A stretch of 64,000 bases of DNA from assembly GCA_010356995.1 (NCBI GenBank), contig ML996701.1, positions 124,001 through 188,000 on the forward strand, written 5' to 3'. Position numbers and translations under genes: made by a program. Below are positions 1 through 13,942 of this stretch, piece by piece; position 1 is the stretch's first letter; every line of letters starts with the position of its first letter. Under the pieces are notes generated by a model, which saw nothing but the letters and a program-made list of their open reading frames with translations, did not search any database and was not told where the DNA came from. Source of the stretch: Trichodelitschia bisporula (Eukaryota).

Positions 1-367
1 GATTGTCGTCTGTCTGCGCGAACTGACCTTCCACGTCGGCTCTACCCACGATCTTCGAATGTCCCAGATGTGGAAGCCCGTCGCCCACTGCGTCGCCATG
101 CAGTGCAGCACCGTCGCCGCAATGGACAGACCCATCGCCAGTGCCTATCCGCATTAGCAAAGCCTATTCCCGCAGCCAGCATCAACATACCATAACCCAA
201 TCATCCCATCCTAGCACTCTTCTCACGAACGTCCGCGCGAAGAATCGTAATAGGACCACCAGTGTCGCAACCGACACCATCGCCGCCTCCACCCCGATCA
301 ACAGCGTAACCCTCGTCTCAGGATTCACAAAATTCGGTACCGGCCAGTCCGCCGGCCTCGTCGTCAT
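1..367 (-). CDS. PTH11-like (fungal rhodopsin-domain) integral membrane protein, 5' part; continues off the left edge
   Basis: ATG 367; exon 367-191 (PxPNFVNPETR...LRFFAR...LGWDDW), intron 190-145 (GTATGT...GCTAA...TAG), exon 144-28 (...GFHIWDI...), next donor GTCAGT at 27. The LRxxxR, GWDD and GxHIWD motifs are typical of this family. Confidence 0.85.
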
Positions 368-3300
368 ATCGTTGTCCAAGCCGCACGCGGCGTGCGCCAG
401 AGAAAGGGCTCAATGCCCGGTCCACGAGCGTCGCCAGTCGAGGCTCGTCTTTGAATGTTGAAGTCGATTCGAAGGCGCTGGTCAGCGCAAGCGAGCAGTC
501 AGTCGCATGGGCCTCGAGATATAAGCCTTGCCTCAGCTCTGATCGCAGCCAGCTTAAGCAGTTCGTAGGAGTAACGAGGGTGCGAACAGCAGTCAAAACA
601 GCGAAAGGCGTAGATATCACCCAGGCAAGGGGAAGTACCAAGCCAACCCATCCCCTCCCCATCCCCCGCACTTATCCTCCCCCCCGCCACGGCCGGGAGG
701 CAAAGCACTGGCAGTCTGCGCCCTGGGCCCGATCGCCGCCCGCAGCGCACACACATCAAGAGCATGAGAGAGAGCGCGCACAGCCAGCCTGACCCCAAAA
801 ACCTCCGCTCGACGGGCCAATTACTGTTCCCAGCGACCCCGGCTATTTACGGCCCTGACGAGACGGACCGGGAAATTCCCTGTTGACGACCCGGAGGGGG
901 GCCGACGATAGGGACCGCCTGCGCCGGCGCGTTTGCTCCTGGGAAGTTGGGGTGTTTCGTGCCTGCGGGGCGCGGGGCGCTGGTTGGTTGCGGCCGACTG
1001 GCGAGGCTGGTCGGCATGCCGAAGCGCAGCCTCGCCGTCGACCACATCGCCCAAGAGACGACAACAAAACAACAACAAAATGCGGCGAGCGAGCGAAAGC
1101 GAGTACCAGAACCAAGAAAAACGCGGCAGACCACCACGCCATCACGGCAATCACCTTCCCTCGCCAACCCCCAGTAGGCAACCCCAGCCCACCGCCCCCC
1201 GGTCTCTTAATCTAAACCAAAAAAAATGATCCTCCTCCCCATGCAGCCTAATATACACACGCACCACGTGAATCCGCCAAGCAGTACGCGCACTCCACCA
1301 CTTAATATATCCGCGCGGCCCCATTCGCCCTGCGCGCGGGAAGTAGATTGCTCGCCACGCGGGGGGGGGCCTCCTGCCCGGGTTTTAAGCTTTGCAGGTG
1401 CGCGGTACGGCCGGGGCCGGTACGCGTGGGTGCGGTTGGGCGAGGTAACTGGGTGGGGGTGGGTGGGCGAGCGGCGAGCAGCAAGCAGCGGAGCGCAGCA
1501 AGCCAGTCATCCCCTCATGGGACTGCTTGCTCGTCCTTCGCCCATCCCTCTGATGTCTGGTTCGGCTCCGGCACTAGCCCAGGAGCGCGCCCAGGGCCGG
1601 TTCACGAGCCGGGCCTAATATAGGCCTTTAAGTCAGCTGCGAGCTGTGAGCTATGACTGCGGTACGCGGCGGCGGGCGAGCGGCAATGAGCGGCGGTGAT
1701 GGGCGACAGCGAGGTAAAGCGAGAAGCTGCTCGATGATGTGCAACGGCGTGACGTTGCGGTGTGGTGGTGTGGTCGAATCCACCAGTAACTCACATGTTT
1801 CTAGCTCCTCACCAGTTGTGCATGAAACGCCGCACCACTTGTCCCGTGCCTTCTCACGAGCATCAGGGCATCGGGAACAAGCCGAAGTGAATGTCAGAAG
1901 TCAGAACGCAGCGCGGGGACCGTGCGGTATAGCAGCCGTTATATACCCCACGGACCCCGGTCGGGAGACCGGCGAGTGGCGGGGGTGCAGTGGCGATGAC
2001 TGCGCAATGTTGGTGGCTGAACGTTGCATGTTTTCTCTGGACTTGTGTTGTCGTTGAGGGAGATTACCCGCGTCATTCGAGTACGTAGCCTGATCTCCCC
2101 CTCTCCTTCCTCCCAGCCATCCCAGTCCTCTGCTCACTAGCCGCGTATCTCGTTTGTTCGTTCGGTCTGGATGCAGGAACAGTGATCGCTGCGCGGCCTT
2201 GCGCCGGCTCCGCGCGGGTAGGCCTAGACCTGATTACGGGCATCGAGCTGAGGGGTTGACCTTGTGCCTGGTGTGTGATATGCCACTGGCGGAGCTTGCA
2301 TACTCCACTCTGTTGCTCCTCCCCGCCGGCCGACCGGACTAGCAAGCTGTTACCTGAAGCCTGATGCCCGTCGTCGCTCACTGTCACCGGCTCACTGCCG
2401 TTCCCTGACTCGCGTCCCGCAATCTCGACATCAAAACACACCGATCCAGGCCGACGATCACAGTACGTATCCCGCGCGTGACACCGCGTCCCCTCGAGCA
2501 CTCTACCTCGAGCTTGATCCACCCGCTGAAATGTGGGGTATGTTACATGCCATGCGCACACCGAGGTGGGAATAGAGTTTGGATGTTAAGTGGGGTTGGT
2601 GAGTCTGGATTGGGAGGAGTGTGTGGGGTGGCGACGATCCGGAGGCCGGCTGCTTCGGCCTTCGGTTCGATGCCGAGATCAGCCTGTCAGCTAGTTCTAG
2701 GGCCTAGGACCTGAAATTGCGGCTGGATGTCGACGAATGGGCGCGTGAGACGGAGAAGGCTGAGGTCGTCTTGGGCAATATATGCTGCGCAGTGAACTGC
2801 ACTGTGATGCGCTGGGGACGGGGAGTCGGCCTGATGCAGGTAGTGTGTGCGATGCATGATGCTTCTCGCTGGTGAAGTGGCTTTCCGTGGCAGGGTCGGC
2901 TTCGACGGACTGATGGGCAACGATCGAGATGCTCATCTTGCTGAAACTGTGGAGTACCCAGGACGTAAGCAACGATCGGCGCCGCAGGAGCGGAGAATTA
3001 TGTCTGAATATGTGTTAGCGATCTCGCGGATTAACGTCTAGACTTGTGGGGAGAGCGGGTTGAGATTGACTGAAGTCGCATTGTGGTGCGACAGTCCAAG
3101 AAGCTTGGGTGGAGTATGCGGTGTAGGAAAGTTTGGGAAATGAGAGGTTAGAGAAAGGAAATGGCCTATATCGGAAGGCATATGTCAGTCGTAATGCCTA
3201 TCACGTGCCCTACAATTTCGGGGCAGAAAGCCAAGCAGCACAGTCGGTATCAAGCGTGCACTCGTGAAACGGAGTCTCCACGGGAATTGTCCACGGTATG

Positions 3301-3617
3301 TCAGTCGTGAGGCTCCAATTCGGGCCGTGTCTCGAATTTCGTTGTCGGAGTTCGGCTCACCATCTGTGGGGAATGCAGTTAGTGAGCTCCTGATCATGAT
3401 TTCCTATGTTGCCGGTGGTATTGGACAACAGTCCAACTGAGGTAAACAGGCACTACTTGGAGTGCCATCAATTCTCAAATCAGGTCTATGTTGGTCCGAC
3501 CTACGACTACCGTCGTCCTAACGCCGAAAAAGATAAACACAGAAACGAATGGGGTATATCGCAGCCCGACCAGCAGGACAAATGCAACGAAGAACTCGGC
3601 TGACACAAAGCACAGCG

Positions 3618-5221
3618 CTAATATGAATACCTCCAGCCGCGATCCGCAACGGCCACTCCAGCGCGCGATCCGGTCCTCCTCACTCGACCGAGCTCAACCC
3701 GACTCATGGCCGGTAACCCACTACTCTCCGCCCTCCGATTCCGGAATCCATAGACCAGTCTCAGCAACACAGCCACCAACACCGCCGCACCCAACGCACA
3801 AAGCAGTATCCACTTCGCCGGCCGATATTCCGGGCGATCACGCGCCTGGAACGCCATCGGAGCACCGACATTCGCGGCACTGAAGCTTGCGGCGATTAGC
3901 GCGCCGCCCGCTAGCTTCCGTGTGTAGCCGCGGTAGTTGGCGCCCGCAGTTGCCATGATCATCGCGTACACGGCCGGTGCGCTGGAGACGAGGTACACGC
4001 CGAGCAGCAGTGCGGGGCGCGTACTGCGCTTCTCGGGTACGAAGAGGAGCATTGCGGTGCCAGCGACGGCGGGGAGGATGGCCGCGATGGTGGCGATCCA
4101 GCGCGGGAGACCGCGGGCGACACTGATGGTAACGGCGAGTGTGGTTATGATGGAAATAGCGCCGGATGGCATGTTGAGGAGTGCGGCGTGTGGAGCGTCG
4201 AAGCCGAAGCCTGAGATGAGGAAGGAAGAGTAATAGACTACGACGCCAGCCGACATCGTCGTTAGTGCGGTCATAGCACATAGGAGCCAGGTCTGTAGAT
4301 CGGCGACGGCTTCGAGGAGGCTGTGTAGGCGAAGCACTTTGACACCTGCGCCAGCGAGGTCCTCGGAAAGGCGGTGCGCGACAAGCTCTCTCTCCTGAAG
4401 TGTGAGGAAGCGTGCTTCATCCGGCCCTGCAGGAAGCCAGGCCAGGAGTGACACTGCCACAATGAGGTTCGCCACACCGATGATAGCGAACATCAGACGC
4501 CAGGGTTGGAATGCCTTGATGTGCGAGTTCTGCGCCGCGAAGGATATCAGCCCGCCGACAATTTGTCCTGCTCCTAGGCCGCAAAACCAGATGCCGAAGC
4601 GGGAGGCACCTTCGACCCGTTTGTACCATGTCGAGGTAATGATGATAAGGGACGGCGTGACGACCGCTTCGAAAACGCCGAGGAGTGTTCGTAGGGCGAT
4701 AAGTTGCGTGGGTGTTTGTACAGCCGCGGTGGCACCGGTAACAACACCCCAGAGACAGGCATTGATGCCGAGGACTTTGACAACGGGGAAACGTTGTAGG
4801 AGGGCACCTGCGTGGTTAGCACAGCCAGTTATTGCTAACATTGAAGGCGTACATTGAGGTAGTTGAGCACAAATGTACCCGAGAAAGAATGCCGTCCCAC
4901 ACCATGAGAAGTCGTTCCCCTTCATGCCGACTGCACTTTGAATCCCCATGACGTTGGCATACTAACTCGTCAGTGCTGTCATTCCCACATGGCTCAGCAA
5001 ATTACATTAAGAATAACCTTGTCTGTGAATTGAAGAAAGTACACCGCGCCCAGCAGCGGCATGATAGCCCAGTCAATCTTCCGCACAACACGCTGCTCGA
5101 GCACCCGCGGATCCTCAATGAACACATCCTGCGATACCCCGCCCCGAGAAGGAAGGGTCTCAAAGTTGTCAAAGTCAAAGGAATAGCCCAGCTCGCGGGC
5201 GCCGGGGATGGATTTCTCCAT
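3618..5221 (-). CDS. MFS transporter, allantoate permease (DAL5/anion:cation symporter) family
   Basis: ATG 5221; introns 5005-4962 and 4852-4808. Spliced protein has RVVRKIDWAIMP, FLQFTDKVILNYANVMG, LLQRFP, RTLLGVFEA, WYKRVE, PWRLMF, GYTRK and many hydrophobic helices. Confidence 0.9.
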
Positions 5222-8034
5222 ACCAGCAGAAGTGAAGAGGGTCGAAGGAGGTCATGGAGCAAGCAGCTCGCCTCCCAACACCAGTGGGGGGCACATCCCG
5301 CCTATATTCGAGCAGGTTGCTTGGCGAACGTTGATCGCCACAGTTCCTTGCCTCACTTCCCAGATCCAGGAGGCCATCGTTACTGGGTCAGGCCAGCACA
5401 AGGCATTCCGAACTACATAGGCCCTTGCAATGGTGATATACGAACAAAGCAAGAACTGCCGTTCCTCTGGCCCAATACCAACCAATGCTTGACGTCTCAT
5501 CTTCAGCCGCGGGGCTTTGCAATTGGGCAGGGAGCGCATTCCTGACGCAGAAATGCAAGAGCGACCTCGTTTGCGATACGCCACACGTGGCCCCCTGGTC
5601 CAGCCGTTGCAGTTTTGAAGCTCATGTGAGCTGTCTGTTGCTGTCAGGTACCGCAAACAGGGGACTGGTTCCCGCTTTGAGCATTGCTTTTCTGCAGAGT
5701 GCGGGACTCCTGCAGAAGGCGTCTTCATTGTTCATCCATCCACTGCCTGCGAACTGCCTGGCCAGTCCCACAGCCTGCCCACTGTGCCCACTGTGCCCAC
5801 TGACCGCCACTTTTGACAGCACGTTGGAGAGATGCGGGGTCCCTAGAAATGTTGGCAGCGTCACTAAGCCCACAGGAGAGACTACGACGACTTCGGATCA
5901 CAGGAAATGAGCGATGTCAATCCGAGAGACGACGGCTAGAGCTACGTCAGCGCTGGCCGTGAGCCCGAGGAAAACTCGACTAGACGATACTTTTGTGTTC
6001 TCGGCCCCCGCTGCACTGTCGCTGTGAAATCTTCACCCGAAACCTGTGATTGTGAAGTTCTCGAAGCCAGTGTTTCAAAGGCCCTTGGCAGCGGAGAAGA
6101 TCTCATGGCATGGGTTTGCCTATCGCGCAGGAACGCCTTCAGCCCGGCACCTGGACAAGCGTCCCGCGCCGCCCACCTCCTGAGCAATTTGCGTCGGATT
6201 TTGACTCGCTTGACGTGAATCCTGATGGGGGCCGGGACGAGGTTGGAACAAAGTTGGCCAATTGACGGGCGCGATATTCAGGCGCAGGGGAATTTGGCCA
6301 GGGACCCAGCACGATGCGGGCACACCTCTCATTAACCGAGTGCCCTGACTTGCTTTTGACGTCTGGATATCGCGCCAAGCCGGGAAATGTGTTCTCTACG
6401 AGGCGGCATAAATGGCACCGGCGTTGCTGATTGCGGCGTCCAGTCGTAGTCTGCCGGTACGAGTTTCGGCCGCTGGCTGAGGATTCTTCGGGTCAGATGG
6501 AATCTCCGGTGTCTGTTGTCCCGACACGCGCAACGTTCCGAAATTGATACTCGTCAACCCCGCACCAACACGCAGTCGTCACCTCAAATTCTACATCGAT
6601 GGATGTTGTCTGCCTCCTTGCAAGCCAGCACATACAGCTCCTCCTCTCTGCTTATTGTAGCGCCTTATGTGCAGTAGTTCACACTGCTAGTTACTCTACT
6701 CTCCACCAGCCCAACCTCACATACCCGGCAGACCGCGAAAGCCAAAAGGCCTAGCCACTGACTGCTGAAGTCAATAAGGGCTGCAGAACACTAGGTCAAT
6801 CTAGTCCTACGGGCTAAAGTCTGGAATGACGGTGATCGTGGGGTAGTGTGCTCAGTAGCGTGGTGTTGCTCTGCTGTTCAGCCACCACACCTGATCTACG
6901 GTTTGTTGAAGTGTACACCTCACACCGCTCCGCAGTATTTACTTTTCACCCTGCCATGCCGTACCATTGGAAGTTTCACGTGCGCGAGCAAGAGGGGTAC
7001 GAGTCGAGGTGCGCTGATCCCATCAACAGCCGCGCTGCAGGTGGTCAGTCTTTTCTGCAGGCTCGTAGTCACATCAGCCCCAGCGCGACCATCTCGATCC
7101 CAGAGTGGAAAACAAAACAGCGCGGCTATCGTCCCGCGGGGTAGCTTGCGTTGTTGAGACCCCGCCGCCGCCTCAACACCAAGCTCCGGGCTGGGCGAGT
7201 GCATCTAGAGACAGTCTCGCATCAAATAGCATAAATCGGGCCGACACACAGAGGAGAACAGGCGGTCAGAGAACGTCAACGTTGCAATGCGTGCAGGAAT
7301 CACCGAGGGCGCGAAGCTCGTGGGCAACGTAGTGGTGGTGCGTGAGCGGAGGGGCAGACAGAATCTTGCAGTCCCTTGCTGCTCGCCGCTTGCTTGGAGG
7401 GATTGTCAGTCGACGCATATTGTTACCAGGTGGGGAAAGTCGGAGACAGGGTGCGCGATACACAGATTACGGGCGACGTTGAGTGGGCGTGGAAATTTCA
7501 ATCTCTAGATGATCTGCTGCTCTACGGAGTTTGCCTCAAGCTTCATCCCACAGTATTGACAGTTAAACCGCGCATCATGAAGACTCAGGAGTTTTGTCAG
7601 ACTGCTAGCTAACACATCCAATGACCCAGGGCCTCATAAAAGTATGTTGTCCATCGTGACTCTTGCAAAAAACAAAGCCTCACGCTTCCATCCCACTTGT
7701 GCCTCCACCCCCGCCCGGATAGATCCCACGTCGGCCCCTCCAAGCATCTCAAGCACGGTGAGCATTGGCTGGTGGGGCTGCTGCGGAGCTTGCGGGCTAC
7801 GGCAGCGCAACTACGCCCCTGGTTACAATCGCGCCTGCGCTCCCCACTCTGCCTCCGTGCGCGGCGACGCAGGCGGAAACCCGTCATTGCTTCTCTTTCC
7901 AGTAATGCAGGATATAAAATGGACCGCTCCTGCTGTCATTGTGGAGTCAGACTCTCACCATCCACCTCGCGCTTTCCCCATACCCACCACACCTTGATAC
8001 CCCCTTCCCTTACCGCTACCAAAACAATCGGCAG

Positions 8035-8175
8035 GTACGTGCCTCTCCCCCACCCCCACCTTCCCCCCCACCCACATATCCTTCCCAGAGTGCCTTCCCC
8101 ATCGCGCCATCTCGGGGAGCGTCACTTCCCTCTGCAGCAACAGGACGTGCGCTAACAGAGGGTATAAAGGTCCAG
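8035..8175 (+). other. Probable 5'-UTR intron of the HAD gene (3' splice site uncertain, 8158-8175)
   Basis: CAG|GTACGT donor at 8035, pyrimidine-rich body, GCTAAC branch site at 8151; TATAAAA near 7913. Confidence 0.5.
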
Positions 8176-8346
8176 TTTTGAGCTCCCGGAAACCTAAACC
8201 TCATCGTTGCTCGATCGTTCCTCTGCCTCCACCGTTCCTGAGTCTTCACTGCTGTTCGGCTTCCATTCTCCAGTTCAACAACAGTCAAGGACAATCCCAA
8301 CAATTCCTCACCTGCTGCCCCAACTTGTGCACCAGTAGTCATCAAG

Positions 8347-9128
8347 ATGCCTGCTGTGAGTGTCCTATTACTCCTCACGTCCGCCTCTTGCTGACGGGTT
8401 AGATCACCACCATCCTCTTCGATTGCGATAACACGCTTGTGTTGAGCGAGGAGCTGGCCTTTGAGGCCTGCGCTGAGCTCTCCAACGAGATCTTGGAAAA
8501 GAACGGCATCGACTACCGTTACACTGGTCCAGCTCTTCTCAAGGACTTTGTCGGGCAGAACTTCCGTGGCATGATGGTCTCGCTTACAAAGAAATTCGGA
8601 TTTACGCTCGAGGATCATGAGTTCGACGTCTACGTCGACCGTGAACTCGGCAAGGTGATTGAGACTCTCGAGAAGAAGGCTCAGCCGTGCCCCGGTGTGA
8701 TGGCGCAGCTCGAGAAGCTTCAGGCGGAGGGGAAGTACCACCTGGCTGTTGTGAGCTCCTCCGCTCTGTCTCGCGTTGAGGCGTCCATCCGGAAGGTCGA
8801 AATGGGTCAGTACTTCAAGCATGATGAGGTCTTCTCGGCGGCCTCGTCGCTGCCGAAGCCCACGTCGAAGCCAGACCCGGCTGTCTACATCTTCGCCATG
8901 GAGAAGCTGGGGGTCAAGCCTCAGGAGTGCGTCGCCGTGGAGGACTCCCGCTCTGGCGCCACCGCTGCGAAGCGTGCGGAGATTCCTCTGATTGGGTACG
9001 TCGGCCCATACGAGGAGGACGAGAAGGAGCACATGCGCAAGGTCCTGAAGGAGGAGTGTGGTGCGATCTACGTCATGGAGCACTGGGATGAGTTCCCGAA
9101 TGCCCTCGCAGCTGTTGAGGCGGCTTAG
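8347..9128 (+). CDS. HAD-superfamily hydrolase (beta-phosphoglucomutase/CbbY-like phosphatase)
   Basis: Micro-exon MPA 8347-8355, intron 8356-8402 (GTGAGT...CTGAC...TAG), then ITTILFDCDNTLV (motif I DxD), VVSSS (motif II), KPDPAVY (III), VAVEDSRSG (IV). Confidence 0.92.
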
Positions 9129-12037
9129 GTGCGCTCAGCCATGACGCCGGCTTGCGGGCCCGCTTAGAACTAGAATTCACGATGCCATGACTTGAACTTG
9201 TCCCTTGCCGTGAGTGCTGTGTTCCTGTTGTTGTTACTTGCTAGTGAAACGGGCTTGACGTCATTAAGGTGGAGCGTTGAAATCAAGACGGACCGGCCCG
9301 CATGGATGCTGCATGTGGTTGATGATGTTACTGGACTACGGAGAGCAATTCCGCGCGCCAGTTTGCACCGTCTTGCACTTGCTGACAGCCTCCAGCTCTT
9401 GGTAACCCACAGCCCAAATTAGCCCGGTCTTCCCGTTGTCCGCATCTTGCGAAATCTTCCGTACTCGGAGGAAACCGGCTGCGGAAGGAGATGAAGCCAT
9501 TGATCTGCATAAAGCGTATGCCCCCGTTGCTGATATGTGCCATAGATCTCCTCCACTGCAGTATGATGGTCGTACATTCCCATCCCGTTGTTGTTCTATG
9601 GTGATGGCCGCATGCTTGTGGCAGACTCGGCGCTTTGCCAGGGTGAACTCTGGCGTGTGCAGGATGGCAAGGGCAGGAAGGGGCCAAGGCACTAGATGGT
9701 GCTCTCTGGGTGGATGAGGGAGAAGGCATGGTCTTTTGGCTGTTGGGACGATGAGCGGTCGGCGATGGGCTTCACTGCGGGCTACTTGATAGGTACGGAG
9801 ACACATCTCGGCATGATGTGCACGCCCTGCCGCAATGATGCTTCCGGCCAATATGGAAAGTCAAGATGTGTCCCGGGGAGCGTTTCGTCGCCGAATATAT
9901 GGCACTATTGGAGACTCTGGGATCAAGATCAGAGTCTCGATGAAGCCCTACTACCGTATGTACCGCAGGTCACTCTCATGAAGGAGACACTTCCGCTACG
10001 ATTAGCATATCAATCTCAAGAGCCATTTATAATATAACGTATAAAAGTGGCCTGATATTCATATCCCGCTCTTGGTGGAGTCTACCCCGCATCACCCGAT
10101 GGTGTACCCGAACCCTTCCCCGCTGGACCCTACATCTGCGGTCCGATGTGCCCCTGATTGCGATCGTGAGGCTGATCGAGATCGACGCAGGGCCAGAGGG
10201 GTCACAAGGAGATTCAGAGGCCAGTGCCTGAATTTTTCTTGTGGGATATCGCATCGCCGCATCTTTTTTAAGCCTCCGGCTCCGCGCGGCAGGGTGGGGG
10301 TGTGATTGGAGGCGCGGACTTGGTGGAGTTGTAGTGACAGAGTTTGCGAAGAAAGCCAGCAGCGAAGAGTAGGTAAGTACTGAGCGCAACAGAGCATTAT
10401 GGTGCTGTATCTAAGCTCGTTGCGTTGTCTCGGGCTCGTTCATCCTGTCTTGTGCCTCTTTCCCGTTTGTGCCTCCTAGCCAACAGTTCATATACCAACG
10501 CGACCGCGCCCATGCCGCCTCGTATCCTCCACACTTTTGCGATCCAACATCGGCTCCTACTGTTCACGACGACAATTCCGAACAGCGGTCATCACATATG
10601 CACAATATATTGCGCTTCGTTGTGGGATAACCACGTTGTGTATAGCCACTTCACTGCGTCCGGAATCCGGCACTAATAGGCACTAGACCGCGGTCTCGCC
10701 CGCAGCCGGAATGCAGCCTTTCGCCGCCGGCAAGGCTGATACCTCCACCTTGTGGAGGTTGGACATCGTTCAATTGACGCCAATGACACTCTCGGCGCGG
10801 CAGTTCACCTCTGAGCACCTCTCAGCCCATAGGCCACCTCCTAGACACCCGTCAATATACTCTCTGCGTATAAGAGGACCCAGGATTCAGTGCCAATGGG
10901 GCCCTCGAAGGGAGATAAAGTCCGACTGTCGGATACGCAGGGCGTATCTCGCGCATATCGCCAATGGGCTTCGTGCCTGTTAAGAGCGCGCTAGGAAGTG
11001 CGTGGAGAGAAGCAGTGGGCAGTGCCGGCGCGGGTGGAATAAGCCATCTGTAATTCAGCATCTCTTCGACTGCGGACCGCGACCGGTACTTGAAGTCAGC
11101 CGGGCCGGTCAGTAGTAGGGCTTACCGAGCGTCGAGAGGCTGCTTCAGAGGTAGGGTTGGCTATGGATGATTGATATTGATACGTGACGCCAAGGTTGAG
11201 GCCAAAGAATCGTATAAAATCAGTCATAATGCACGTCATAGAACTGGGATATCACGTAGTTGATTGAGCTTGGCATCAACAATAAGCTTGGTACTTCAAT
11301 GTATATATATATTATACGGCAGCGTATAGCATTTTATTGGTGAATATAGGCCCGCTAGTACCCTTTAGGCAGCAATAGCGCTTATGTAAACTTATTTTGC
11401 ATAACCTACTCCATTACCTTCTTTTGTTATTGACGAGAAGATCACCTAAGATTTTCGGTGATAGCTCAAGGAAGGATAAATAACGCCAAGATTCCAACCC
11501 TAGTCAGAGGCGGCGCCGCTCCCGTATTTGCCTGGGGAGGGCGCCACATTCGGATGTGGCGAGGTAATATCGACGACACAGGATGCCAGCTTCGAGAAGG
11601 ACTAGAACTAGATCGTCGTCATCAGCACCCTACGCAGTACGTAGCTCAACCAGAGAAACAAAATCAAATACTGGTACCAGCCTGCGCCTCAGATCACTTG
11701 CCGATACGCAAATCGCTAACACGCCAATCAATGACACGCACTCTGCGTCCCCAAGACAACTCCGTAATCGCCAAGTCGCACTTCCAAGCTGCGGGACTGG
11801 TGTGGGTGGCTGCGCCTCGTCTGGCGGGTGAACCGGGCCAGGGAGGTCGGGCTTGGCGTGTGGAGTGGCAGGTCCTCTTGGGGGCGGGTGAACAGGTTAA
11901 GTACTGCGACATCACCTCACCTCGCCTCTAACTCTACTTCCACAACCTACACTACGTTCCCGGCTCCATCAACGACTCTAACCTGCGAGTTGAATTGATT
12001 CTATCAACGAGAGATTGACTGGCAAACGCGAGCAAAG

Positions 12038-12585
12038 ATGATTATCCCGCTCGAACGCCGCGACATAAAGTACGTCATTGCCTGGATGAGCTCCGATGCG
12101 AGATGCTAATTGCTCGACAAAGCTGCTACAGCGACAGCTATGGCTACCGCCGCTGCAGCCGCACCGGCTGGAGCAACTGGGGCCGCTGGGTAGTGCTCGG
12201 ACTGGTGATTCTGGTGTTCCTCGCCTTCGTCTCCTGCCTCTGCCTGTAAGCCCATCTCCCATTCCCCTCCGTTCCATCCACTAACACGCGTAGCTCATCT
12301 CGCCGTCGTCGCCGCCGCGGTGCCCGCCCTATGTACGGCACAGGCTGGATGGCACCGGGCCCGGCACCGCCTTACAACGCACCCAACCCGACCTACAACC
12401 CGCCGCCCGGTGGTAACGTCCAATACGCGCATTACGGAAATTCGGGACCGCCGCCGCCGGATTACAGCTCTAGGCCAGCCGGGCAGGGCGAGTACGCGCC
12501 GCCGCCGGGCCCGCCGCCTGGCCAGCAGACTGGCGTTGAGATGCCGAAGCCGACGCATGGCAACCAGGGATATGAGATGCGCTAG
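12038..12585 (+). CDS. Small single-pass membrane protein, RCR (chitin synthesis regulation/Congo red resistance) family
   Basis: Exons 12038-12069, 12123-12245, 12294-12585 with canonical introns. Spliced: MIIPLERRDINCYSDSYGYRRCSRTGWSNWGRW-TM-SSRRRRRGARPMYGTGW, then Pro-rich tail with PPPY and YAPPPGPPP. Mostly missed by the ORF track. Confidence 0.85.
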
Positions 12586-13232
12586 TGCTGCTGGAAAGGG
12601 AAAGGCCACGGCTGGAGAATGATACGGTTGTCTGCATGCTTTATTGTGGTTTTAAGCATGTGTGGTTTGTGGGTCGGGCGTTGCGGGTATGTCATGGCTG
12701 ATAGGTGCTGTGGCGTTCGGTTGTGGTCTGGTCTGGCATCTGCGCTTTATGGTCTCTAATGCAGTTTGCGGTATAGTTTATGATGAGGTATTGCTGCTAC
12801 AAATGACATGGCTCTGCGGCATGGCTTATGATCTGTGTAACATGTGGAGTTCCCGTTGAGACGGCAGGCGCCGGATGCGGCGCTGTGGCTGCGGGGCGTT
12901 TCAAGGCTCTCCCGAAACGGCCTCCAGACAAGGCTGTTGTGACATGATTGATGCAATCGACTAGTGGATAACCGAAGTACAGAGCTGTTTGCTGAGGCCA
13001 GCAAACGATGACACTTGGATGTGGTGGAGAGCAGAGGTGCCTTCACTGCTGCTATTTCTGGGGAGACCGAATGCGGTTGTGGTTCTGGGACTGATACTTA
13101 AACGCAATTCCCTACTCTACATATCTCCCGGCATCTGTCCAACACTATTGCAGCCGATGCTTTGGTGACCGCGCACGGGATCAACCACACCCTCATCCAT
13201 CACCATCATCCGATACCCGGCCCGTAACCCAA

Positions 13233-13942
13233 CTAGTCATCATACTTCCCACTCAACCTTACCAACCCCGCCTCCTCATTCTCCTTCTTCGCCTTCCGAC
13301 TCCACTCTGGCGCCTCATCCCTCCCCTCATCCTCCGCCTTGTCCCCCTCCGCCTTATCCCGATGCACAGTAGTCGGCGCATGCTCAGCCGGCGAATACAC
13401 CGTAACCAGCTCCAACGGCCTCTCACCCCTCGTCTCAAACTGATGCTGCGTGCCCGCCGGCACAATCACCACGTCTCCCGCCTCGATGGGGCGTTTCTCG
13501 CCCGCCACGGTCGCGAGCCCGGCTCCAGCGGTGAAGATGAGGACTTGGTCGACTGTGTGGACCTAGGGAGAGAGTTAGCAGGTGGTTTTGGGGATAGGAA
13601 GGGGGGTGAGTGTACCTCGTCTCCAATTTCGCCCCCCACGGGCACTTCCATCGTGACGACCTGGCTGTACAGCCCCGTGAAGAGTACGCGGCGGAACTCG
13701 CCAAAGGCGCGCTCGCGCAGGGCTAGGCCGGGGAGGTGGACCATCTTGTGCGCGGGCCGGTCGGGGTTCGGGGGTGGGAGGGTCATTTTGGCTTTCGATG
13801 TGCTGTTGGCGCGGTACTGGGATCGTAGGAGGGCGGATGCGGTGGGCGTAGACCAGGCGAGGAGGGGTGTAGATGTAGTGTTTGGAGACCGGGTGAGAGG
13901 CGAGCGCACGAATTGAGCGGCGATACGGACCGTACGGTGCAT
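13233..13942 (-). CDS. Cupin (RmlC-like, cupin_2) domain protein
   Basis: Starts at ATG 13942 or 13786; intron 13615-13563. FRRVLFTGLYSQVVTMEVPVGGEIGDE|VHTVDQ...AGDVVIVPAGTQHQF...VYSPAEH gives cupin motifs 1 and 2. Confidence 0.88.

Noticed and set aside
6846..7612. Short plus-strand ORFs with protein-like stretches
   Set aside because: Could not be joined by credible splice sites or assigned to a family.
8016..9083. 355-aa minus-strand ORF
   Set aside because: Antisense shadow of the strongly codon-biased HAD gene; no domain.
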